From Coraliomargarita sp. (lineage in GTDB: Bacteria; Verrucomicrobiota; Verrucomicrobiia; Opitutales; Coraliomargaritaceae), in the NCBI GenBank assembly GCA_965216325.1, contig OZ244160.1:1184001-1248000 (forward strand): 64,000 nt of DNA. The letters are read 5' to 3'. The notes under the pieces are model-generated. The model did no database searches. It had not been told where the DNA came from and saw only the letters and a list, made by a program, of their open reading frames with translations. The translations under genes and the position numbers were made by a program. This document shows positions 56,559 through 64,000 of this stretch, piece by piece. Within the stretch, counting starts at the first letter, position 1. The number at the start of each line of letters is the position of its first letter.

Positions 56559-57338
56559 ATGAGTGATACCCTCCTAAGAGCTATTGAAGAAACACGCGCA
56601 ACTACGATTTGCTATACTGGTCCCAGACAGTCAGGAAAAACAGTTCACGCCACACTGATGGCGATCGCCCTCTGCGAAGAAGGCTATTTCGTTGGAGTTC
56701 TGGATTTGAGCCCTGACGGTTTTTTCGCAACATTCTGCGAAGGCCTTGAATCGCAGTATATGAAGATTCGCGGAGATTCGGTCGACTTTGGATGGTTGTC
56801 TCGATTCTGCAGCATGTTCGACTTTATAGTCATTGACATGCCACTAACCGCAACTCGCCCATATGAATTACAGCGAGACGCTTTACCAAAGAAAAATGAC
56901 ACTACCGAATAATCCGATCAAAGGAACTACAGTAGACACTGGTATCATAGATCCTTATCCGCTGTAGACGTAGCTCTGCTGTGCATATCCAACAACGACC
57001 AAACCTCAGCAACGAAAGACTGTATCACCACTCTCATTGATTTTAAGATCGATACCGAGTCTACGGGGATTGGTTACTTTTGGAGTAAATCTCGCGATAC
57101 AACAGAGCTCCCCAATCATACAATCCAACGACTTAAGCATGCATCTCTTCACGAAAAAGCAAATGCACTCCAGTGTTCCGACGATCACATAGATGCAATT
57201 CGCCACTCAATCGACGGGGATTATAGTGACATCCTGAACAACCCGGACTACTATCGACACTATGAGTCGATCTGGAAATCCGTCGGCCCGTATCGCCCAC
57301 AATTGCGTTATACAAAATTTCCAGAGCCAAGAGTATGA
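56559..57338 (+). pseudogene. Divergent ParA/MinD-like P-loop protein interrupted by one in-frame TAA (56910-56912)
   Basis: GPRQSGKT, VGVLDLSPDG, FDFIVIDMP. The same frame stays open for 141 more codons (SLSAVDVALL..) to TGA 57336-57338, which overlaps the next ATG. Confidence 0.6.
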
Positions 57339-57922
57339 GCGCAGATGAATCACGCTCCAATCCAGAACTGAAATTTACCTACCACGCACAGAAACGCTTA
57401 TTGGAGCGAAGCACTGAAAGCATCCAATCCATACAATCAATCATCAGTGAAAACCGATTTCTCAGAATCGGGAGCGAAGAAAGAAGCACACGCGAGCACT
57501 TCTTGATCTACTCAACATTAGATCAACTCTGGCACGTCTTAGTTGTCGATAGCCAAACAAGTGAAGTGATTACCATACTTCCAATCGATTATCACTCCCA
57601 GACCGCTTGGGAAATTTCCAGCGCGTCACTTGAGCACTCCTACAACTTGTCAATTTCAAGGCCTCAAGAAAACCGGTCGAAGAATATTCGGATCAGCGTG
57701 ATCTACTACATCAAGTTCAAATCGCTGAAAAGAGCCAACCTTGGCCCCTGGCCGCTACCGAGTGGACGGAGCCTGTCAACCTTCATCCCTACGTCTGAGT
57801 TCTGGCAACATATCAAAGAGAAATTGAAGGCAAAAAGAGTTCCGCCACACTGCGTGGAATGCATTCACTTAAAATGCAACAAGAACTCTTCTGAGTTAAA
57901 GTTGACTGACTGGCCTCTCTAA
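57335..57922 (+). CDS. Hypothetical protein with N-terminal DUF4258-like domain
   Basis: FTYHAQKRLLER...VLVVD....VITI pattern; ATGA overlap with the upstream frame. Confidence 0.55.
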   Translation: MSADESRSNPELKFTYHAQKRLLERSTESIQSIQSIISENRFLRIGSEERSTREHFLIYSTLDQLWHVLVVDSQTSEVITILPIDYHSQTAWEISSASLEHSYNLSISRPQENRSKNIRISVIYYIKFKSLKRANLGPWPLPSGRSLSTFIPTSEFWQHIKEKLKAKRVPPHCVECIHLKCNKNSSELKLTDWPL

Positions 57923-58111
57923 AAGCCACACATCGCGTTAGACAAAATCCTAAACGGAATCGGCTTCAGCGATAACAAAATCGAACGCCGCCAATCCTTC
58001 AAAAAGTGAATCCATCAAACGCGAGCCCCGAACCGACAGTTAGCTCATAATCGTCCTCCCAAAGAACAAAGAACAAGTGATACTACTTGCAGAGCTCAAG
58101 CCTAAGGTCAT

Positions 58112-59386
58112 TCAGCGCACCTCAAAGGTGCGTTGGGCTTGGAGTGAACGTGTTTCCAGCAGCTCGACCAGCCTATCCAATACCGGATGCTCAATCCCCT
58201 GATCGCGAAGCTCGCGATGCACCTGTCCCGCATACTCTGGTATTTGTGAAGCCATTTCGATAAGCATACGAAAAACCGACGCAACAGGAAACCCGCAGGA
58301 TCTAGCCATCTTCTCAAAATGACGCGGTTGAATCTGAGCGTCCCTGTAATAGCTGCCGATCTTCATCGCGAATCGGCAATCTTTACGACGATCCACGTAA
58401 GGTAAAAACGACGCAATATCATACAAGCGCGCAAGGCGGACCTGCTGCTGCCGTCCCAATAATAGGCTGTAATTTTTCGCATGCGCATCAGTCCCAAGGA
58501 TCAAATAGTTAAAGATGATGGCCTCCATGACCCGACGCCGGTCCTCAATCGACTGACTCGAACGATCCATCAGCGCCATCAATTGAACAATGTCAGGCCC
58601 TCCCTCGTTTTGATATTTCCGAGACGGATGCACACCAAGCGCTTGACAAACATCCTCCTGGTGAACCCGTGTAAGCTGACCATTTGCACTCACTCGGTCA
58701 TAACGTTCTACAACAATTGCGGCTTCTTCGCCAAAATACATCACCTTGCTCCGAGCAACCGACAAGCCGAGCGCAGCTGCCAAACGCAAACAGAAGTGTT
58801 CATTTTCGACATGCCCATCCAAGTCACTCCGCGGAGGCTTGAGAATATGCGTTGTAGGCTCACTGCCCCACGGCACATACCACTGTTGCCCGTGCTGCTG
58901 TAGTGCCGTTTTGGATTGAGCACCTGCCAGAGAAAACTGCCCACGGTCAGCAGGCTCTCGCCCCAAAGCCGGATCCTTCTTCAAATCGGCTAATCGCTGC
59001 TCTACATCACTTTCACTCAGAGCTTCCTTGCCGCCATCGGCGAATTCTTCCGCATCCTCGGGCCGAATGAAACGAACCGCGCCAGCGCAATCCTCCCCAA
59101 CTCCTTTGAGTAGGCTGTAGCAATTTCCCGGGCTGACATGAAAACGCTGCCCCCAGCGAGCCAAAATCAGTTCATTGTCTGGCAATAAGCCCCAGAGCCA
59201 TGGGCTAATCTTTTCATGCCCATAGTCTCGGTCATCCAAAGGAATCGCCAGCGACAATGGCACTCCGTAACCACTCCCTAGATAGCCTTCATGGTAGCGA
59301 AAACTCAATCGACCGCCCCTAGCACGCACAAGCTGCCCCATGGGGACCTCGTTTAGGAATACCTGTAATGAATCTGTTGCCATCAT
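58112..59386 (-). CDS. hipA: HipA family toxin kinase (E. coli HipA-like)
   Basis: PLSL, LLPDN, GEDCAGA, SLAGAQSK, HILKP, ERYDR, HQED.CQALG, DAHAKNYS, LYD. Confidence 0.93.
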   Translation of the reverse strand: MMATDSLQVFLNEVPMGQLVRARGGRLSFRYHEGYLGSGYGVPLSLAIPLDDRDYGHEKISPWLWGLLPDNELILARWGQRFHVSPGNCYSLLKGVGEDCAGAVRFIRPEDAEEFADGGKEALSESDVEQRLADLKKDPALGREPADRGQFSLAGAQSKTALQQHGQQWYVPWGSEPTTHILKPPRSDLDGHVENEHFCLRLAAALGLSVARSKVMYFGEEAAIVVERYDRVSANGQLTRVHQEDVCQALGVHPSRKYQNEGGPDIVQLMALMDRSSQSIEDRRRVMEAIIFNYLILGTDAHAKNYSLLLGRQQQVRLARLYDIASFLPYVDRRKDCRFAMKIGSYYRDAQIQPRHFEKMARSCGFPVASVFRMLIEMASQIPEYAGQVHRELRDQGIEHPVLDRLVELLETRSLQAQRTFEVR

Positions 59387-59391
59387 CAGGC

Positions 59392-59685
59392 TTACACCAA
59401 TTTGTCGATGTCGGGATACTCAACCATTGCTGCGTCCGTCTCAGAGTCAGGCCCACGACTCGATTCAGAACTTTGCGTATATAAATCAATCTCGAGATAG
59501 GCGACCAAACGCAACACCTGCCCAATCCACGTCCTCTGGGAGCCCTGCTCCACACGAGAAAGCCACGCCTGCGTCGTGCCAAATTCAGCAGCAAGCTCAC
59601 GCTGTGATTGACCACGCTTGCGGCGTGCCTGCTCAATCAGAACGCCCAAGTCCTGAGGACTTCGCACTGCATATTTCGAATCCAT
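59392..59685 (-). CDS. hipB: HipB-like XRE antitoxin
   Basis: SPQDLG..I..ARRKRGQSQRELA...GTTQAWLSRVEQG; upstream of hipA. Confidence 0.85.
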   Translation of the reverse strand: MDSKYAVRSPQDLGVLIEQARRKRGQSQRELAAEFGTTQAWLSRVEQGSQRTWIGQVLRLVAYLEIDLYTQSSESSRGPDSETDAAMVEYPDIDKLV

Positions 59686-59699
59686 ACCAACATCACAGC

Positions 59700-59773
59700 T
59701 GACATTAACATCAATGTCAATAGTAATGACATTGAAACCAATATCAATCAAAATGACACTAACTTCAATATCG
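59700..59773. promoter_or_regulatory. Three HipB-type operators TGACA(T/C)T-N6-AAT(G/A)TC at 27-bp spacing
   Basis: tgacattaacatcaatgtca (59700), tgacattgaaaccaatatca (59727), tgacactaacttcaatatcg (59754). Confidence 0.75.
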
Positions 59774-59925
59774 CGACCGAGGCACTACCATTCGACTGGT
59801 AAACTAACAGCTCTTCAAAAATAGATTCCTTCAAGCTCATATCTTACGCCCCTTAGCGCTCCCCATCGGACACTTGCTGTCCTATATTAATTGCTCATCG
59901 CGAAAACTGCGCCAGATCAACATTA

Positions 59926-59982
59926 AATCTTAATATTTTAACACTTGAAGTTATTTAACGCTTTAATCTTAATATATTAAGA
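59926..59982. promoter_or_regulatory. Operator palindrome of the second hipBA module
   Basis: Perfect 16-bp palindrome TCTTAATATATTAAGA (59967-59982) abutting the ATG; imperfect copy at 59926-59941. Confidence 0.7.
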
Positions 59983-60291
59983 ATGTTTAAATTTAAGACA
60001 GAGCAGGAAATTGCCCAGCATGTTGCGAGTCGAATCCGTGCTGTGAGGGTTTCGCAGCAATTAACCCAGAAGGTGCTCAGCCAGCGTTCCGGGGTCTCGC
60101 TGGCATCCTATCAACGCTTCGAGCAGACCGGGCGCATTGAATTCCTGAGTCTTATCAAGGTTGCGCAGGCACTTCACTTGGAAGACGACTTTGAAGGATT
60201 GTTTGATCGCCGTAGCGCAATGACCTTGGATCAAATCGAACAACGAGCACAGCCAGCCACACGCAAAGGACGTGTCTATAAGCACTCATGA
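59983..60291 (+). CDS. XRE-family HTH antitoxin (HipB-like)
   Basis: IA..IR..R....LTQ..LS.RSGVSLASYQRFEQTG.I; ATGA overlap with the HipA-family gene. Confidence 0.88.
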   Translation: MFKFKTEQEIAQHVASRIRAVRVSQQLTQKVLSQRSGVSLASYQRFEQTGRIEFLSLIKVAQALHLEDDFEGLFDRRSAMTLDQIEQRAQPATRKGRVYKHS

Positions 60292-61520
60292 AACGCCTGA
60301 ATGTAATGCTTGGCAGCAGGCATGTGGGCGAGCTTCTGGCTCAGGATGGGGCTCACTACTTTAGCTACAGCGAAGATTTCCTACAAGACCCGCTGCCCTT
60401 GTCACCTTACGAACTACCCGCAGCTCCCGGCACCACACATCACACGAAAGGTTATTTCGCGACACTGCCGGGGCTAGTTTATGACTCGCTGCCAGATCGC
60501 TTTGGTATGTCCGTGTTACGTGCGGCGTTTCGCGCCCAGGATATCCCCAGCCCGAGTCCGCTACAGATGCTAAGCTATTTAGGTGAACGAACTATGGGTG
60601 CCTTGAGTTATGAGCCCTGCAAAGAGGATCTGGATGCACAACAAGCCATCGATCTAGTCAGTACTGCACGATCAGCGAAGGAGATTCTGGCCTACGAACA
60701 TGGCGAGAACTTGGATCCTGCTATCATGCGGGCGGGCGGCACAGCCGGAGGCGCAACTCCTAAGCTGCTCGCAGCGATCTCTGCTGATAACGGGAAAATT
60801 ATCACCGGTGCGAGCGAGATTCCGTCGGGGATGCAGGCTTGGTTGATCAAGTTAAATACCGCCGAGCAACAAGCCGCCGCACTTGCGCAACTGGAGCATG
60901 CTTACTTTCAGATGGCTCGCACTGCCGGTATTCGAGTTCCCAATACGCAATTGCTCTCCGACGCCAACGACGTTCAACACTTTGCAATCGAACGCTTTGA
61001 CCGTGATCTGAAGAATCCCAATCAGCGTATCCACATCCACAGCTATGCCGCAATGGCCGGACTCGATTTCAGCGCACCGGACTGCGACTATGAAGACCTC
61101 TTGCGCCTGACCAAGCACCTGACCCGCAACTTCGAGGATGTCTCTGAGCAGTTCAGACGCATGCTGTTCAATTTGTTGGCCTGCAACCGCGATGACCATG
61201 CGAAGAACTTTTCGTTCCAGATGGATGCGAGTGGCCATTGGAGCCTCACGCCCGCATACGACTTACTCTATACTGACAACGAGCTCGGCGGCAACTGGAT
61301 GCTACTTAGTGGCAAGCGCAGTAACATTTGCTATGACGATTTATTGAAACTCGCAGAACTGATGGGGATATCGAAGCGTCGCTTTGATGAGATGCTCTCA
61401 GAGGTGCAAGACGCACTCGCACAGTGGCAAGACATCGCAAAACAAAGTGGCGTCGGAACCGGGCTACGTAGAACCGTGCAAATCGTGCTAAAGGACCTGA
61501 ACAAGCAATTAAAGCAGTAG
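60288..61520 (+). CDS. HipA family toxin kinase (second, divergent subfamily)
   Basis: DSLPDRFG, MGAL, TAGGATPK, WLIK, EHAY, FAIERFDR, NRDDHAKNFS, PAYD. Confidence 0.92.
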   Translation: MKRLNVMLGSRHVGELLAQDGAHYFSYSEDFLQDPLPLSPYELPAAPGTTHHTKGYFATLPGLVYDSLPDRFGMSVLRAAFRAQDIPSPSPLQMLSYLGERTMGALSYEPCKEDLDAQQAIDLVSTARSAKEILAYEHGENLDPAIMRAGGTAGGATPKLLAAISADNGKIITGASEIPSGMQAWLIKLNTAEQQAAALAQLEHAYFQMARTAGIRVPNTQLLSDANDVQHFAIERFDRDLKNPNQRIHIHSYAAMAGLDFSAPDCDYEDLLRLTKHLTRNFEDVSEQFRRMLFNLLACNRDDHAKNFSFQMDASGHWSLTPAYDLLYTDNELGGNWMLLSGKRSNICYDDLLKLAELMGISKRRFDEMLSEVQDALAQWQDIAKQSGVGTGLRRTVQIVLKDLNKQLKQ

Positions 61521-61610
61521 CTCCTCCCCTCGCTAAATCGCATCACGCATTGATCGTTCATGCTGATGAAACGCCTTCAAAAAGCTTTTCCTCAAATGAG
61601 TGATTAGATG

Positions 61611-62150
61611 TCAAGAATCCAGCATTGCTCTCCCAAGCCAAGAGTCCGGCACAATGTTGAGTTGAACATCACCATCATCAACAATCGCGTAAGCAGACTG
61701 TGCCATGTCGATACAATAGGAACGTCCTTTCTGTGTCTGCTTCGCACAACGCGTATGTCCGACAATCTGCGGGACTTCTAAGCTGTCTTCAAATTCATCA
61801 TCCCAGTCCAGCCACAATGGGCCGCCATGGGGTGCGATACCACCACGCGCAGCTCCAGCAGCGAAGATGGGATCTTGAGCCTCCTGATAAATATGCTCGA
61901 AGGCATACTCCCAGTAAGCATCAAAGCGCTTCATCTTTTCCTCCGGAGTCTTTCCGGACTCCGACCACCAGTTGGGATGCACACCCGCATGAGAAAACAA
62001 CCAGCCGTCGAGTAGAACGGCGCCTTTAAGCCCTTTCCAGAATGACTCTGTCCATGCGGTGTTGATAATCTCGGCGCGTTCACAGGTCGTCGATCCAAGC
62101 CACTGACTGATCACTGGGTTCGGCTTGCCGGTATGCGATTCTCGAACCAG
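61611..62150 (-). pseudogene. 5'-truncated metallophosphoesterase (calcineurin-like) fragment
   Basis: SHAG, GPLWLDW, QIVGHT and CID present; DxH/GDxxD/GNH motifs absent; stop codon 12 codons upstream of the GTG. Confidence 0.65.
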
Positions 62151-62411
62151 CTAAGTTCCACACAACGCCAACGGCAAAGCTTATTCAGAGCTGGGCTTGA
62201 GGACATCCTTAGAATGATCCAACAGCGATACTCGGAGCATTCAAAGACTAGACAGTATGCCAGATGTCAAATGGACGCATTTCAAGCTTGGCTTAAAAGC
62301 GATTGCTGCGAGGAGATTTTTCTCGTGTAATGTGAACTGCAGTAGAAAATCTACTGTCCACGCTCGGAACTTGCACTTAATGCAATTGTCCGTTCAATAG
62401 TTCTAATTGTT

Positions 62412-62768
62412 ATGCGCATCTACCTCTACAGCCTACTTGCTCTACTGCCACTCTTTGGCCTACCCTTGAGTGCAACTGCCTGTAGCTGTAATCACGCAGA
62501 AAGCACTAATTCTGGTATTTACACGGTGCCCTGCTGTCAGGAAATGCCTGCAGATTGCTGTGTGCAGCAGGATCAGGAGCCGAAACCGAAGGTGTATATG
62601 GTGGCGCCACAGCAGGACTCATCCAGCGCCGCACCAGCAAGCATATCTACTCTAACCGGGGAACGGGCGATTCTTCGCCCCCAGACAGGTAGTTTTTGCA
62701 ATCGGGCACGCCCCCCGCCGCTGCAAGCCAGCGAGCATCGATGCCGCATACAGTCTTGGTTGAACTGA
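62412..62768 (+). CDS. Exported Cys-rich small protein with RARPPP motif (DUF2946/HYC_CC_PP-like putative leader peptide)
   Basis: Signal peptide, CSC, CC-x6-CC, flexible linker, RARPPP, ending QSWLN. Confidence 0.7.
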   Translation: MRIYLYSLLALLPLFGLPLSATACSCNHAESTNSGIYTVPCCQEMPADCCVQQDQEPKPKVYMVAPQQDSSSAAPASISTLTGERAILRPQTGSFCNRARPPPLQASEHRCRIQSWLN

Positions 62769-62770
62769 AC

Positions 62771-62870
62771 CTGTGATTCGTTCGTCATCACGGCCATCGA
62801 TTGATGGGCGTGTTCCTCTATGTATCGGCCGGGATCCAACCGAGCCGTGTGCACTGTAAACGAATCACAG
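62771..62870 (+). promoter_or_regulatory. Structured intergenic RNA closing over the initiation region of the efflux gene
   Basis: Perfect 12-bp inverted repeat ctgtgattcgtt (62771-62782) / aacgaatcacag (62859-62870) enclosing internal hairpins. Confidence 0.65.
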
Positions 62871-62874
62871 AGAT

Positions 62875-64000
62875 ATGGTCCAAGCATCTGATCTATATAC
62901 GCCCCCAGGAGGCAAGGAATCCCCTCCAAAGAAATCCAAACAATCACTCCAGCGACTGGCTAAATATCTGCCAATCGCCCTCATTCTTGCGTTCTTGCTA
63001 TTAATCGCACTGTTTTTCGGCGATCGATTTGTGCCCGCGCACGAACTGCAATTCGAATCTGTCGTCACACAGCGCAGCCAAGTGGCTAAGACGCCCGCCT
63101 CAAGCAACGCAACCGGTCTCAAACTAAATTTCGAAGGCCAAGCGCTGTTTCAAGCATCCGGCTGGATTGAAGCCGACCCGCTGCCGTTTCATGTTCCGGC
63201 CCTTAATGATGGCTTCGTCGACACGGTTCACGTCCTCGAGGGAGAACGAGTCGCCAAAGGTCAACTCCTCGCCAAGCTGGTCGATGATGACGCTCGACTT
63301 GACCTGACGACCGCGCAAGCCCGGCAAGGTGAGCGTACTGCAGCCTTACTAGAGATGCAGGCACTCGTGCGCACCACTCATGCCGCACTTCAACGTCTGG
63401 GCGAAGAGGTCGAAATCGAAGAGGCTCGGCTTGAGGAACTTCGTGATGATGAAACCCGCCTCCTCGCAGTTGGCTCGAAGAGTGTTTCCGAACAGGAAAT
63501 TGCCAAGTCTCGCTTACGTGTGCTCACCCAGCGCGCAGTGATTAAGGCACTCGAAGCCAATCGGGGAGAACTTGAAGCTGAACTTGCCGCACGCACCGCA
63601 GCCGTGGAGCGCACCAAGCAAGAACTTCAGTCAGCCCAAACCGATGTTGCGCGCAAACAATTGGCACTGGATCGTATGGAAATCCGCAGCCCAATCGATG
63701 GCATTATCCAAAAGCTCTACGTCTCACCAGGCTTTAAGCGCATGGCACGTATGGATGACCCAGAGTCTTCGACGGTAGTCAAAATGTTCGACCCGGAGGC
63801 TCTGCAAGCGCGTATCGACGTGCCGCTGGAAGAAGCCGCACAGCTAGCAATCGGCCAACCCGTCCGACTTCGTTCAGTCTTTCTTCAAGACAAGGTCTTC
63901 GAAGGCCGCGTCAGCCGCATCTACGGCCAAGCCGATCTTCAGCGCAATACGCTACAGGCCAAAGTCCAACTACTAAGTTCATCCGAAGGGCTGCGCCCAG
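62875..64000 (+). CDS. Efflux transporter periplasmic adaptor (MFP/HlyD/MacA family), runs off the window
   Basis: Translated by hand: MVQASDLYTPP.., one TM, ASGWIEADP, VHVLEGERVAKGQLLAKL, long coiled coil, EIRSPIDGII, ARIDVP; no stop before 64000. Absent from the ORF track. Confidence 0.9.
   Translation, partial: MVQASDLYTPPGGKESPPKKSKQSLQRLAKYLPIALILAFLLLIALFFGDRFVPAHELQFESVVTQRSQVAKTPASSNATGLKLNFEGQALFQASGWIEADPLPFHVPALNDGFVDTVHVLEGERVAKGQLLAKLVDDDARLDLTTAQARQGERTAALLEMQALVRTTHAALQRLGEEVEIEEARLEELRDDETRLLAVGSKSVSEQEIAKSRLRVLTQRAVIKALEANRGELEAELAARTAAVERTKQELQSAQTDVARKQLALDRMEIRSPIDGIIQKLYVSPGFKRMARMDDPESSTVVKMFDPEALQARIDVPLEEAAQLAIGQPVRLRSVFLQDKVFEGRVSRIYGQADLQRNTLQAKVQLLSSSEGLRP

Larger units (their letters stand above)
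56134..64000. mobile_element. tRNA-Met-anchored accessory island (left end; no integrase within the window)
   Basis: Abrupt switch from core genes to XRE, ParA-like, TA modules, fragments and efflux genes; visibly AT-richer at 56.3-58.1 kb; GCTAACAC tandem at 56235 and 56246. Confidence 0.6.

Noticed and set aside
59700..59773. Possible mini-CRISPR array
   Set aside because: Period is only 27 bp with 7-bp spacers, no cas genes are present, and the position fits TA operators.
62573..63778. Several short ORFs in the track near the window end
   Set aside because: Explained by the unlisted plus-strand efflux adaptor frame starting at 62875.

Overview
This is a mostly core-genome window from a Verrucomicrobiota bacterium, probably Opitutia (Puniceicoccales/Coraliomargarita-like). 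That placement is inferred from gene content and style, not from a search. Positions 1-56 kb hold housekeeping genes: a caa3-type cytochrome c oxidase operon with ctaG, an SLC13 transporter, tRNA-Thr, an orphan nuoA, dnaG-rpoD-tatA, parE, purT, pyrC, rdgB, ribD, a LysM-parB-EVE unit, lgt, lipBA, pyrD, purD, fumA, an A-type Fe-S carrier, a Ser/Thr kinase next to rpoN, purF, priA, fur, rplU-rpmA and lolE/lolD. Scattered GTAG-type REP-like repeats and at least two pseudogenes lie among them. An accessory island starts right after tRNA-fMet (56019-56095). It carries an XRE regulator, a ParA-like gene split by one in-frame stop, a DUF4258-like protein, two back-to-back hipBA modules with visible operators, and a truncated metallophosphoesterase. 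It ends with a Cys-rich RPPP leader peptide, a structured spacer, and an efflux adaptor gene that runs off the window and is missing from the ORF track. There are two best candidates for an undescribed system. The first is the RPPP leader/RNA switch/efflux module (62.3-64 kb). The second is a divergent pair of exported SipW-like Ser-His peptidases with palindromic boxes, a C-rich-loop RNA and an orphan NarL/FixJ regulator (34.3-36.4 kb). All calls rest on visual motif recognition; no database searches were run.
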